Shown: positions 17,022 through 26,985, numbered from the stretch's first letter. The stretch: DNA of 64,000 bases from an uncultured Candidatus Saccharibacteria bacterium (GCA_964490365.1 CAZBAG010000001.1:56459-120458); one strand, 5' to 3'. A program made the numbers and translations. Notes: generated from the letters alone by a model not told the origin.

Positions 17022-18500
17022 ATGACTCGCTTAGAAGAAATAAAAGAATCTCGACTACACAAGCTCCAAGAACTTGAAAAGGCTGGTATGTTGGCTTTCC
17101 AAGCTGTAACTCGTCGAGATCACACTCTCCAAGAGGTTTCTGAAAAATTTTCAACACTATCAGGCGACTTCTCTGTAGTGGGAAGAGTTATTGCAATTCG
17201 AGGTCAAGGAGCAATACTCTTTGTGGTGTTAAGCGATGGAACCGGGGAGTTCCAGGTGGTATTTAAGCGAGATGTCTTAGGGGAAGATAAACTCGACCTT
17301 TTCACGCGAACAGTTGATATGGGCGATTTTCTTCAGATTCAAGGCGAAGCGTTTACTACTGAACGCGGCGCAGAAAGTATCCTTGTTTCTGATTGGAACA
17401 TGCTTACAAAGTCACTTGCTCCACTTCCAGAAAAATGGGCAGGTCTACAAGATGTTGAAGAAAAATATCGCAAACGATATCTTGATATTCTTTCTGATCA
17501 AGAAGTATTTTCTCGATTTCAAAAACGAAGTGAGATTATAAAATACATACGACAATTTTTTGATACAAAAGGTTTTATGGAAATTGAAACACCAATCCTG
17601 CAAAACCAGGCTGGTGGTGCGATGGCAAAAACGTTTAATACTCATCATAACGATTATGATATGGACATGGTGCTTCGTATCTCTCTTGAGATTGAGCACA
17701 AAATGCTTATGGTTGGTGGTTTTAACAAAATTTATGAAATAGGAAAGAATTTCCGAAACGAAGGATCTGACCCAACCCATTTGCAAGAGTTTACGATGAT
17801 GGAGTGGTACGCTGCGTATATGTCTTTGGAAGAAAATATGCTTCTCACAGAAAATTTGTTAAGGGGCCTTGCACAAGATGTGATGCAAAAAAATGTATTC
17901 ACAGTGTATAACAAAGATAACAACCCTGTGTTGGTTGATTTCGAAAAAACTTGGAACAGGGTACATTTCGCCGATCTTCTGAAAGAAAACGCTGGACTTG
18001 ATATGTTTTCTGCATCTCTTTTTGACATACAAGAAAAAGCAAAAGAGTTTGGCATGGATGAAAAAGAATTATCTCTCACTGGTAGGGCAAATCTTCTTGA
18101 TTTTATTTACAAAAAATCTTCGCGAAATAAGATAGTTCATCCAACATTTGTGATGAACTATCCAACCGATTTAAAACCGCTTGCTGCTCAAAATGGCGAC
18201 GGTACTGCCAATATGTGTCAGCTTATTATTGCGGGTGCGGAGATCACAAACCAATACCAAGAACTGGTAAATCCTCTTCTACAGAGAAAATTACTTGAAA
18301 CTCAATCGAGTGCAAAAGAGGCGGGTGACGAAGAGGCAATGAGTGTTAACGAAGAATTTCTAACTGCCATGGAACACGGTATGCCACCAATGACGGGTTT
18401 CGGTATGGGTATCGATAGACTAGTTGCAATTTTAACTGAACAAAATAATCTTCGAGACACCGTCTTTTTCCCAATCATGAGAAAAAGAGGAGAGGAGTAG
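17022..18500 (+). CDS. lysS: lysine--tRNA ligase (class II)
   Basis: OB-fold N-terminus, then motif 1 (ETPILQ), motif 2 (FRNEG) and motif 3 (GFGMGIDRLVAIL). Start set just after the greA stop. Confidence 0.9.
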   Translation: MTRLEEIKESRLHKLQELEKAGMLAFQAVTRRDHTLQEVSEKFSTLSGDFSVVGRVIAIRGQGAILFVVLSDGTGEFQVVFKRDVLGEDKLDLFTRTVDMGDFLQIQGEAFTTERGAESILVSDWNMLTKSLAPLPEKWAGLQDVEEKYRKRYLDILSDQEVFSRFQKRSEIIKYIRQFFDTKGFMEIETPILQNQAGGAMAKTFNTHHNDYDMDMVLRISLEIEHKMLMVGGFNKIYEIGKNFRNEGSDPTHLQEFTMMEWYAAYMSLEENMLLTENLLRGLAQDVMQKNVFTVYNKDNNPVLVDFEKTWNRVHFADLLKENAGLDMFSASLFDIQEKAKEFGMDEKELSLTGRANLLDFIYKKSSRNKIVHPTFVMNYPTDLKPLAAQNGDGTANMCQLIIAGAEITNQYQELVNPLLQRKLLETQSSAKEAGDEEAMSVNEEFLTAMEHGMPPMTGFGMGIDRLVAILTEQNNLRDTVFFPIMRKRGEE

Positions 18501-18510
18501 AGGAATTTTC

Positions 18511-18545
18511 AAAAAAGCCCCATGACTGTGTCATGGGGCTTTTTA
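18511..18545. terminator. bidirectional intrinsic terminator (AAAAAA-GCCCCATGAC-tgt-GTCATGGGGC-TTTTT)
   Basis: Perfect 10-bp stem flanked by A-runs and T-runs. Confidence 0.85.
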
Positions 18546-18557
18546 GCGCGTCTGGCG

Positions 18558-18761
18558 CTAGTGTTTCGCCGGGAGATCTCTCTCATCTGTCTTTTTCCCA
18601 CCTGGACTATAAGGTACTTGGTCTATTTCCGGAAACAACTGCCCCTGTAAGTCCAAAAGGGTCTGTACATCAGCAGTTAACATTCCGCCTACCAATCCAT
18701 CGTCATTCAGGCCGTAAACACCGGCAGTATTACCCCTCTTGGTGTCGTATGCTTGTTCCAT
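18558..18761 (-). CDS. hypothetical small protein (67 aa, starting MEQAYDTKRGN), GC-richer patch
   Basis: ORF that ends at the bidirectional terminator, which supports its strand. The start is uncertain. The overlapping plus-strand ORF begins inside the terminator and is rejected. Confidence 0.3.
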   Translation of the reverse strand: MEQAYDTKRGNTAGVYGLNDDGLVGGMLTADVQTLLDLQGQLFPEIDQVPYSPGGKKTDERDLPAKH

Positions 18762-18836
18762 TTGGCTTGGGTTTCCAATAATAATACAACATAAATAAAA
18801 AATAGTCAAAAATCATCTTTGTTTTCCACAGATTGA

Positions 18837-18903
18837 GTGGGAAATGGTTTTTGGCTAGTGGGATAAAGTGGTGTATAATTACCTCTAGGTGGGATAAAGT
18901 GGT
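18837..18903 (+). promoter_or_regulatory. mraZ promoter with MraZ operator repeats: GTGG(G/T) boxes at about 10-11 bp periodicity, -35 TTGGCT and -10 TATAAT
   Basis: GTGGG at 18837, 18858 and 18889; GTGGT at 18868 and 18899. Perfect TATAAT at 18874-18879, with TTGGCT 17 nt upstream. Confidence 0.65.
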
Positions 18904-18917
18904 AAGTTGTAAATTAT

Positions 18918-19352
18918 ATGTTAATAGGCGAATACATTCACACAATTGATAACAAAAACAGGGTTTCTCTTCCCGCAAAATTCCGAAAGGAAATGGGGAA
19001 GAGCCTTGTTGTTACTCCAGGTTTGGATAATTGTCTTTTCATATTTACCAAAAAGGAATGGGTTAAGATTTCTGAAAAACTTTCTGAGTTTTCAATGCTC
19101 ACAGCAGACAACAGAAGTTTTAACCGATTTATGTTTGGAGGTGCCACTGAAGTTGATGTCGATTCTATCGGCAGATTTTTGCTTCCAGATTTCTTAAAAA
19201 CTCGTGCAGGGCTTTCTGAAAAAGTAGCGCTTGTTGGTGTACAGAATCGAGTTGAAATTTGGAGTGATACAAAGTGGGCAGAATATAAAAAACTAGTTGA
19301 AAAGCAAGCAGATTCATTAGCAGAAAAATTAGGTGGAGCTGGAATGCTTTAG
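18918..19352 (+). CDS. mraZ: division/cell wall cluster transcriptional regulator MraZ
   Basis: Duplicated SpoVT-AbrB-like halves (IDNKNRVSLPAKFR ... VDSIGRFLLPDFL) and a conserved length. Confidence 0.9.
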   Translation: MLIGEYIHTIDNKNRVSLPAKFRKEMGKSLVVTPGLDNCLFIFTKKEWVKISEKLSEFSMLTADNRSFNRFMFGGATEVDVDSIGRFLLPDFLKTRAGLSEKVALVGVQNRVEIWSDTKWAEYKKLVEKQADSLAEKLGGAGML

Positions 19353-19356
19353 GTTT

Positions 19357-20247
19357 ATGCACAAGACAGTACTTTTACATGAATCAATCGACGCTCTCAA
19401 TCTCACTTCTGGAGAGGTTGTGGTTGACTGTACACTCGGTGCAGGCGGACATACAGAAGAAATCTGCAAGCGTTTTGGTGCTCATGTAAAAATTATTGGA
19501 CTTGATATGGACCAGGACGCAATAGATCGCTCTCAAAAACGTTTGGCTGAATTTAATTGTGATACAACATTTCATCTTTCAAACTTTAGAGATTTTGATT
19601 CAATTTTATCGAACTTGGGAGTGACTGAAGTAGATGGTTTTTTGCTTGATCTCGGGTTTAGCTCATACCAGATTGAAGATTCAGGAAGAGGTTTCTCTTT
19701 TAAGCGAGATGAGCCACTCACTATGACACTCAAGAAGCAGGTAACCGAAAATGATATTACTGCAGAAATGATTGTGAATCATTGGTCAGAAGAAAGCATT
19801 GCAAATATTTTGTATGGTTATGGCAATGAACGATTCTCTCGTCGCATTGCTCATGAAATTGTTGTGTCTCGAGAAAAAATGGCGATCACCACAACGTCTG
19901 ACTTAGTGGCGATTATTGAGCGGGCCGTACCGTTCTTTTATAGAAACGGAAGAATTCATCCTGCCACAAAAACATTTCAAGCGTTGCGTATTGCTGTCAA
20001 CGATGAACTAGGGGCACTTGAAGAATTTTTAGAAAAAGGGTTCGAAGCACTTAAGAAAGATGGAAGAATGGCAGTCATATCATTTCACAGTTTAGAAGAT
20101 AGAATCGTAAAGAATTTTTTTAGAAAAAAGAAGGACGAAGGTGAAGCTCTGATTATCACGAAAAAACCAATTATTCCCGGAGAAGACGAACTAAAAGAGA
20201 ACCCAAGGTCGAGAAGTGCAAAATTAAGAACCTTACAAAAAATATAA
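19357..20247 (+). CDS. rsmH: 16S rRNA (cytosine1402-N4)-methyltransferase RsmH (MraW)
   Basis: HKTVLLHESIDAL ... VDCTLGAGGH ... ISFHSLEDRIVK, in the canonical position after mraZ. Confidence 0.9.
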   Translation: MHKTVLLHESIDALNLTSGEVVVDCTLGAGGHTEEICKRFGAHVKIIGLDMDQDAIDRSQKRLAEFNCDTTFHLSNFRDFDSILSNLGVTEVDGFLLDLGFSSYQIEDSGRGFSFKRDEPLTMTLKKQVTENDITAEMIVNHWSEESIANILYGYGNERFSRRIAHEIVVSREKMAITTTSDLVAIIERAVPFFYRNGRIHPATKTFQALRIAVNDELGALEEFLEKGFEALKKDGRMAVISFHSLEDRIVKNFFRKKKDEGEALIITKKPIIPGEDELKENPRSRSAKLRTLQKI

Positions 20248-20250
20248 CGT

Positions 20251-20562
20251 ATGAATAGTAATCACACACAACCAAAGGGACGATTGAACCATGGACGAGT
20301 ATTTTTCTTTGGTCTTATCTTTTTTGTGATTGTTGCCTTCAGCTTCTATATGTTCTTTTTAGGGCGAACGATCTTTGATCTTGTAGACAGAAAAAATGTT
20401 GAGCAAGAGATCCATCTTGCATCATCTCGTATTTCAGAGCTGGAACTTCAAGTTTTAGATTATAATAACCAAGTAACACTCCAAAAGGCTTATGATCTTG
20501 GCTTTGTTAATAATGGGGATCCAAAATTTGTAAGCAGAAAACAGACGGCGTTACTTAGATAA
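20251..20562 (+). CDS. ftsL: cell division protein FtsL-like (single TM plus coiled coil)
   Basis: Sits between rsmH and ftsI. Has an N-terminal TM and a short coiled coil. Its stop overlaps the ftsI start (TAATG). Confidence 0.6.
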   Translation: MNSNHTQPKGRLNHGRVFFFGLIFFVIVAFSFYMFFLGRTIFDLVDRKNVEQEIHLASSRISELELQVLDYNNQVTLQKAYDLGFVNNGDPKFVSRKQTALLR

Positions 20563-22283
20563 TGAACAAGATACGAAAAGGGTTTTTAATACGAATACGA
20601 GTACTCTCAGCGCTCGTTATTATCGTAGGGCTATTTCTTATTGCTCGATTGTTTCATGTTCAATATGTAAATAGGGAATACTATGTCAATAAAAGTGACA
20701 ATGCCTATGTACAGTCTGTAGATTCCTTTGACCGCGGAGTTATTTATTTTGAAAAAAAAGATGGTACACGTATTTCTGCCGCTACCGTGATGACAAGCTA
20801 TATTCTTGCAGTGCGTCCACGAGATATTCGTGACAAAGAACTTACCTATCAAAAAATTAATGAAATCTTTCCGATCGACAAGAAAGAGTTCATGGAAAAA
20901 GTCTCGAAAGAAAATGACCCATATGAAGAGATTTCTAAAAAAATTCCAAAAGACGTCCGAGACAAAATCATGGAGCTCGACTTGATTGGTGTTGAAATGC
21001 CTCGTCATAAGTGGCGATTTTACCCAGGTGAATCATTGGCTGCACATACGCTTGGTTTTATGGCATACAAGGGTGATGAAATCACTGGACGTTATGGTGT
21101 TGAACGTTTCTATAACGAAACTCTCTCTCGTGGAGAAGAGGATGTTCAAATTAATATTTTTGCCGAACTCTTTTCAAATTTTGGAGACTCTTCATACGAA
21201 GAATCACAGAAAAAAGCAGATATCATCACAACCATAGAGCCAGTCGTTCAAAATTTTGCTGAGCAAGAGTTGTTACGAACGATGAAAAAATTTGGATCGG
21301 AAGCTGCAAACGGTATTATTATTAATCCTCAAAATGGTGAGATCTTGGCGATGGTGCACTTACCATCATTTGATTTAAATAACTTTGGAAGTGTTGAAGA
21401 CGTTTCTGAATATTCAAATCCACTTATTGAAAATGTTTTTGAGTTTGGGTCTGTGGTTAAACCACTTGTTATAGCCGCTGCACTTGATGCTGGCGTTATT
21501 TCTGCAGATACACCTTTCTATGATCCTGGTTTTGTGCAAGTAGAAGATAAGAAAATAGAAAACTTCGACAAAAGGGGGCGGGGTCAAACAACCATGCAAA
21601 CAGTACTTTCAGAGTCGTTAAACACAGGTATGGTGTATTCAATGCGTCAGCTTGGAAAAAGTCGCTTCCGTGAGTATATGTTGTCGTATGGTATTGGTGA
21701 AAAAACCGGTGTTGATTTACCTAATGAAGCAAAAGGGTTGATGTCAAACCTTGAATCACCGCGAGAACTTGAATATGCTACTGCCTCATTCGGTCAGGGT
21801 ATTTCGTTTAGTCCAGTAGTGTTAGTTCGCGCCCTCTCGTCTATTGCAAACGGTGGGTATTTAATTCAACCTCATATTGTAAAAAGATTTGAATATGTTC
21901 AAGGCGAAGCGCAAGATGTTGCTTACAACAAAACAGATGGAAAACGAGTGTTGAAAGAGGGAACCTCTGAGAAAATTTCTCGCATGCTTGTTTCGATTGT
22001 TGATAACACACTAGGGGAAGGTAAGTATAAAATGCCAGGGCACTCAATTGCCGCAAAAACAGGTACGGCTCAGATCCCGAATCCACGAGGCGGCGGATAT
22101 ATTGAAGGGAAAAACCTCCACTCGTTCTTTGGATATTTCCCAGCCTATGACCCAGAGTTTCTTGTGTTTATTTCTAATACCGCGCCAGTAGGGGCTCGTT
22201 TCGCCTCAGAGACACTTACAGAACCATTTATGAATATTGCTCATTTCCTCATTAATTACTACGAAATTCCACCAGACAGGTAG
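20562..22283 (+). CDS. ftsI: peptidoglycan D,D-transpeptidase FtsI (class B PBP, division-specific)
   Basis: SXXK (GSVVKP), SXN (SESLN), KTG (AKTGTAQ), an N-terminal TM, and division-cluster context. Confidence 0.85.
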   Translation: MNKIRKGFLIRIRVLSALVIIVGLFLIARLFHVQYVNREYYVNKSDNAYVQSVDSFDRGVIYFEKKDGTRISAATVMTSYILAVRPRDIRDKELTYQKINEIFPIDKKEFMEKVSKENDPYEEISKKIPKDVRDKIMELDLIGVEMPRHKWRFYPGESLAAHTLGFMAYKGDEITGRYGVERFYNETLSRGEEDVQINIFAELFSNFGDSSYEESQKKADIITTIEPVVQNFAEQELLRTMKKFGSEAANGIIINPQNGEILAMVHLPSFDLNNFGSVEDVSEYSNPLIENVFEFGSVVKPLVIAAALDAGVISADTPFYDPGFVQVEDKKIENFDKRGRGQTTMQTVLSESLNTGMVYSMRQLGKSRFREYMLSYGIGEKTGVDLPNEAKGLMSNLESPRELEYATASFGQGISFSPVVLVRALSSIANGGYLIQPHIVKRFEYVQGEAQDVAYNKTDGKRVLKEGTSEKISRMLVSIVDNTLGEGKYKMPGHSIAAKTGTAQIPNPRGGGYIEGKNLHSFFGYFPAYDPEFLVFISNTAPVGARFASETLTEPFMNIAHFLINYYEIPPDR

Positions 22284-22354
22284 CTGTTGTAATTGTTTTT
22301 CTTTTGTCTACTAAAATTGGTATACTAAACCAGTTATTTTTAGTTACAACACAC

Positions 22355-23566
22355 ATGCAAAATCCATTCGAAAATGCTCTTTTACAACTACGACGAGCTC
22401 ATCATGCAAAATCATTCCCGGAAAGTTTTATTGACCGTCTTGCGCATCCAGATAGACAAGTTCGTATTTCAATCCCTCTTACTATGGATAATGGAACAGA
22501 GAGAATTTTTGAAGGATATCGTGTTGAACACAACAACAAGCGTGGGCCATACAAAGGCGGCATTCGATTTCACCAAGATGCAGATATGCATGAAGTAAAC
22601 GCTCTTGCTCTTTGGATGACACTCAAATGTGCAGTGGCAAATATTCCGATGGGTGGTGGCAAGGGTGGTATTACTGTTGATCCAAAAATACTTTCAAAAA
22701 AAGAACTCGAAGAGCTTTCTCGTGGTTGGGTGCGAGGCATGCTTCCACTTCTTGGTCCGCAAAAAGATGTTCCTGCACCAGATGTAAATACTAATGGGGA
22801 GATAATGTCATGGATGATAGACGAATATGAAAAGCTCACAGGTGAAATGTCTGGTGCAACGTTTACTGGAAAACCTCTTTCGAACAGAGGCTCACAAGGT
22901 CGTGAAGAAGCAACGTCTATGGGTGGCCTGTATGTGTTCAATGCACTCCGTGAAAGTTTAAACCTCGAGGGAACGCTCAAGGTTGTGGTTCAGGGTCTTG
23001 GTAACGTTGGCGGACACGCAGCCTTGCTGTTTGAAGCAGATGGTCATTCTGTTATTGCGCTTTCAGATTCAAAGGGTGCAATTATGAATGAAAGTGGTTT
23101 AAATGTACAGGCGGTCATGGACTACAAAAAGCAAACAGGAAGTGTTGTTGGATTTCCAGGCTCACAGGAAATTTCTCAGGCAGAGCTTTTGACGTTTGCG
23201 TGCGATGTTCTTATTCCATCAGCTCTTGAAAATCAAATCACAGGTGAAAATGCAAAAGATATCAAAGCTAAAGTTGTACTTGAGCTTGCAAATGGTCCAA
23301 CAACACCAGAGGCAGATGATGTTCTGTTTGCGAAGGGTATTCATGTGGTACCAGATATTCTAGCAAATTCAGGCGGAGTGACTGTTTCAACATTTGAATG
23401 GGAACAAAACCTAAAAAATGAAACGTGGACAAAAGAAGACGTACTTGCTCGTCTTAAAGTAAAAATGGAAAAAGAAGCAAATAATGTCTTAGATACTGCT
23501 CGAAAATACGAAACTGATTTGCGTCGGGGAGCATTTATTTTGGCAATGGAAAGGTTGTCAGAATAG
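22355..23566 (+). CDS. Glu/Leu/Phe/Val dehydrogenase family enzyme (glutamate dehydrogenase-like)
   Basis: Catalytic glycine-rich PMGGGKGG motif and a dinucleotide fold GLGNVGG. Start set at MQNPFE, after a TGgTATACT extended -10. Confidence 0.8.
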   Translation: MQNPFENALLQLRRAHHAKSFPESFIDRLAHPDRQVRISIPLTMDNGTERIFEGYRVEHNNKRGPYKGGIRFHQDADMHEVNALALWMTLKCAVANIPMGGGKGGITVDPKILSKKELEELSRGWVRGMLPLLGPQKDVPAPDVNTNGEIMSWMIDEYEKLTGEMSGATFTGKPLSNRGSQGREEATSMGGLYVFNALRESLNLEGTLKVVVQGLGNVGGHAALLFEADGHSVIALSDSKGAIMNESGLNVQAVMDYKKQTGSVVGFPGSQEISQAELLTFACDVLIPSALENQITGENAKDIKAKVVLELANGPTTPEADDVLFAKGIHVVPDILANSGGVTVSTFEWEQNLKNETWTKEDVLARLKVKMEKEANNVLDTARKYETDLRRGAFILAMERLSE

Positions 23567-23605
23567 GGGTATACTATAGGTATTATCATTTATAGAATAA
23601 TTACT

Positions 23606-24631
23606 ATGTCAGAACATAATCATTCGCACGATAAACTAACTCCAAAGTTTTTCTTTCTATCGCTTGGTGTGCTTGTGACACTAGTCGCTAGTGTTGTTGC
23701 TTTTTTGAATCTTGTATTTGGAGCATTGAACAAAAAGTTTCCCGATGCACTGAATTCGTTTTATCAATATGGTTACTCGACATGGGATTACGAAACTATT
23801 CGCGGTGCTTTGGCGACACTCATCATTGTTTTTCCTGTATTTCTTCTCTTGTCATATTTCTGGAAGCAAGCTTCGAATGTAAATCTCGGCCATATCGACT
23901 CAATCATCAGAAAATGGATGATTTACCTCATTCTCTTCCTTTCAGGTATTGTCGTTGTAGTTGATCTAGTAACTCTTGTAAAATATTTCGTGGCAGGTGA
24001 GATTACCAATAGGTTCTTACTCAAAGTTACAGCAACGCTTGTGGTGGCTGTCTTGGCGGGAACATATTACCTCCTTGAAATGAAGAAAAAGAAAGTTTCA
24101 AAAATGATACCAACACTGTTCGCAGTGATGAGTGGTGGGCTTGTACTTCTGGCTATTATCTGGAGTTTCTCTGTGATCGGCTCTCCAAAAGAACAACGCG
24201 CATGGAGACTCGATGATCGTCGAGTTCAAGATCTTCAATCTATTCAATGGCAAGTGATAAGTCACTGGCAACAAAAAGAATCACTTCCAATGAACCTTTC
24301 AGAACTAGCTAATCCACTTTCTGGTTTTATGGTGCCTGTTGATCCAGAATTTGAAAAAGGTCTTACGTATGAATACAACAGAACTGGTGACATGAGTTTT
24401 GAGCTGTGTGCAACATTTTCTGCTGTCATGCCACATGGTTGGCAAGACTACGGCAACGGCGGCGGCGTAACACCTCTGTTTTATGGTGAACGAGATGTCG
24501 CCGTTTCCTCACGTCCGTATCCGGGTATTGGTGGCGACTCTTGGCTCCATGATCAAGGAAGAACATGTTTTGAACGAACGATCGACAGTGACATGTACCC
24601 ACCATTTCCAAAAGAAGATAAGATGTACTAA
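23606..24631 (+). CDS. polytopic integral membrane protein with a C-terminal soluble domain (resembles the DUF5671-type proteins common in Patescibacteria; family uncertain)
   Basis: About six TM helices, then a Trp/Gly-rich C-terminal domain. Confidence 0.5.
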   Translation: MSEHNHSHDKLTPKFFFLSLGVLVTLVASVVAFLNLVFGALNKKFPDALNSFYQYGYSTWDYETIRGALATLIIVFPVFLLLSYFWKQASNVNLGHIDSIIRKWMIYLILFLSGIVVVVDLVTLVKYFVAGEITNRFLLKVTATLVVAVLAGTYYLLEMKKKKVSKMIPTLFAVMSGGLVLLAIIWSFSVIGSPKEQRAWRLDDRRVQDLQSIQWQVISHWQQKESLPMNLSELANPLSGFMVPVDPEFEKGLTYEYNRTGDMSFELCATFSAVMPHGWQDYGNGGGVTPLFYGERDVAVSSRPYPGIGGDSWLHDQGRTCFERTIDSDMYPPFPKEDKMY

Positions 24632-24632
24632 G

Positions 24633-24666
24633 AAAAAAGCCTCGGAATGTTGTTCCGAGGCTTTTG
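24633..24666. terminator. bidirectional terminator (GCCTCGGAA-tgttg-TTCCGAGGC)
   Basis: Perfect 9-bp stem with an A6 run before it and a T4 run after it, between convergent genes. Confidence 0.8.
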
Positions 24667-24678
24667 AATGTTTGGTAG

Positions 24679-25470
24679 CTAGGAGCTTGTTGTTCGCCGT
24701 AATATCCATCCAGTAAAAAGAAATAGAGCACACCAAGCTCCAATGAAAAGAAGAAACCAACCCTTTCCATCAGAAATCAGCCCTGTTGTTCCACAAAGCA
24801 ATAAAGATAAGAATAATGTTATTGGAAAAACATTATCCTTGTTTGCCATGTCTTTAAATAAAAACCAGGTGATTGTTAAAGTTGCAATTGCTGCACTAAT
24901 CACTCCGACCCACCAGCTTGGTACTGGTAGGTAAGCCGTCAATGCTGCTACTGCAAGAAGTATTCCGTAGCTCGCCGAAAGCTTTGTAAGCTTTTGTCTC
25001 TTTGTCATGACGCAAAGACCAAAAAGACAGCAAATTATTACAAAAACCATCAGCAATACCGGCAAGGAGCCTTTCTTGCTTATGTCCGTGTGGTCGTATG
25101 GAGACCCATCTGTAACAATAGTGTTGCTTTGCAATTTATATGACTGAGTACGCAATTTATATCCTATTTGAAACCATGGGTTTTCTAATGGATTAAACTT
25201 GCATTGTAAGACGAGCCAGCCATTTCTTGTGATCTCTATAGACTTTTGCACAGCATCATCAGCACAGAGTTTGGCAAGTTCTTGCTCTGTAAACGAAATA
25301 CCGCCGGGGCTTACTAATCTGATCTTTTTGGTGTATTCGTAACGTTCCCAAGTTCCTGTCGAGTCTTGCTTGAAGATGTAATGTGGCTCTATCTGTTCTG
25401 TATCAAAAGGCTGAGACAGGACTTGCAGACACTGTCCAAATACCAAGAAGAGGAAAAAGAGGTTTTTCAT
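24679..25470 (-). CDS. hypothetical membrane protein (signal peptide, then extracellular domain, then three to four C-terminal TMs)
   Basis: Start set at MKNLFFLFLVFGQCLQVLSQ. Confidence 0.5.
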   Translation of the reverse strand: MKNLFFLFLVFGQCLQVLSQPFDTEQIEPHYIFKQDSTGTWERYEYTKKIRLVSPGGISFTEQELAKLCADDAVQKSIEITRNGWLVLQCKFNPLENPWFQIGYKLRTQSYKLQSNTIVTDGSPYDHTDISKKGSLPVLLMVFVIICCLFGLCVMTKRQKLTKLSASYGILLAVAALTAYLPVPSWWVGVISAAIATLTITWFLFKDMANKDNVFPITLFLSLLLCGTTGLISDGKGWFLLFIGAWCALFLFTGWILRRTTSS

Positions 25471-25551
25471 TGTACGGGTTTTCTTATTTTTAACACGGGT
25501 AACTCGAATTGTCAAATTTATAGAATACTACTCGTGTGGTACTATTTTGGT

Positions 25552-26304
25552 ATGAAAAAAGATACTTCATGGGGAGGTGTTGCCGCGTGGTACGACAAAC
25601 ACCTCGAAAGTGACAACACCTATCATGCCCAGGTTGTTGCACCAAACCTTATCCGTATTGTTGACCTAAAACCGCATGAATCACTCCTTGAGCTTGGTTG
25701 TGGTCAGGGTTACTTTATTCAAAAATTCTCAGAAATTTCAAAGAAGGTAACTGGTGTTGATTTGGGGAAATCGCTTGTTGATATGGCTCGAAAAAGCGTT
25801 CCGTCAGCTAAATTTTTTGTCGGAAATGCCGAGGATGAAAAAATCTTAAAAGGCGAAACATTTGATGTGATTACGATTGTACTAGCGATTCAAAATATGA
25901 AAAATCTAGGTCGTGTAGTTAAAAACCTTAAAAGATTGTTAGCCGATAGTGGGCGAGTGTGTATTGTGATAAACCACCCAACATTTCGTGTTCCTAAAAG
26001 TTCATCATGGGGAATGGACAGTGAACAGAAAATTCAATATCGACGCGTTGATGCATATATGAGCGAGCGTGAAATTCAAATCGACATGACTCCTGGCAGT
26101 AAAACTCATAAAAAGATGACCGTGAGTTATCACCGACCTTTACAAGTATTTTCAAAAGCTTTTAGTAAAGAAGGATTTGCAATTACTAAAATCGAAGAAT
26201 GGATTTCTCACCGAAAAAGTGAAAAGGGTCCACACGCCAAAGCTGAAGATACGGCAAGAAAAGAAATCCCACTCTTCATGTGTTTGGTTCTTAAGAAACT
26301 ATAA
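25552..26304 (+). CDS. class I SAM-dependent methyltransferase
   Basis: Motif I LLELGCGQGYF and a post-I acidic residue. Start set at MKKDTSWGG; the long N-terminal extension in the ORF track overlaps the upstream gene. Confidence 0.75.
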   Translation: MKKDTSWGGVAAWYDKHLESDNTYHAQVVAPNLIRIVDLKPHESLLELGCGQGYFIQKFSEISKKVTGVDLGKSLVDMARKSVPSAKFFVGNAEDEKILKGETFDVITIVLAIQNMKNLGRVVKNLKRLLADSGRVCIVINHPTFRVPKSSSWGMDSEQKIQYRRVDAYMSEREIQIDMTPGSKTHKKMTVSYHRPLQVFSKAFSKEGFAITKIEEWISHRKSEKGPHAKAEDTARKEIPLFMCLVLKKL

Positions 26305-26326
26305 AACCCCGGTACCGGGGTTTTAT
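26303..26326. terminator. bidirectional terminator (AAAA-CCCCGGTACCGGGG-TTTT palindrome)
   Basis: 14-nt perfect palindrome flanked by A-runs and T-runs, between convergent genes. Confidence 0.75.
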
Positions 26327-26331
26327 AGTTT

Positions 26332-26961
26332 CTACTGTGGTGTTGAGAGTGAGCTATTCATGAGAGGGTGCCATTTTTTTAAATGGGTAAAGTTTCCTCC
26401 AAAAATACCTGCATCAATTGTTGCGGTGAGTACTGCTCTCATACATTGATAATCTGTATTAAAGTCGTGTGTTCCTGCAAGCCAGTTAGTTGCACCAAGT
26501 TCACTTTCTTCATCAAGCTGTATCATAATAGCTTCCGCTGTCATCCATTCCACTTTTTCAATTTCAGAATGTTGAAGTTTGAGATCTTCTATATTTCCAT
26601 CAAACACAGTAATAAAATCTCGCACCCAAATTCTACTTAAAATTTTTCGACTTGTTCTCCATGGAATAAGTTGAAAAGCATTTACTTTAAGTCCAATTTC
26701 TTCTTCAACTTCTTTAAGGGCACTGATTTTGAAAGATTCACCTTCAGTAATATGTCCACCAAAGTGTGTTGACCATGCCCCTGGGAATCGTTCTTTGTCG
26801 AGTGATCGCTGGTGACAAAGGATTTCACCTTTTGAGTTGAGTACAAAAATATTTGTAGTTCTGCACCATAGTTTTTTTTCTAATGCCTCTTTACGTGTTA
26901 CATGTTCTCCTGTTGGTTCTCCTGTTTCCGCATCTACAATTTGTAAAAATTCTTGACTCAT
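26332..26961 (-). CDS. NUDIX hydrolase
   Basis: Nudix box GGHITEGESFKISALKEVEEEIGL. Confidence 0.8.
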   Translation of the reverse strand: MSQEFLQIVDAETGEPTGEHVTRKEALEKKLWCRTTNIFVLNSKGEILCHQRSLDKERFPGAWSTHFGGHITEGESFKISALKEVEEEIGLKVNAFQLIPWRTSRKILSRIWVRDFITVFDGNIEDLKLQHSEIEKVEWMTAEAIMIQLDEESELGATNWLAGTHDFNTDYQCMRAVLTATIDAGIFGGNFTHLKKWHPLMNSSLSTPQ

Positions 26962-26985
26962 AAAACTTGTTCTAAAATAATAGTG

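Noticed and set aside
18533-18781. Plus-strand 82-aa ORF
   Set aside because: Its start codon lies inside the lysS terminator hairpin, and it is the mirror of the minus-strand ORF. Rejected in favour of the minus-strand call, which is itself low-confidence.
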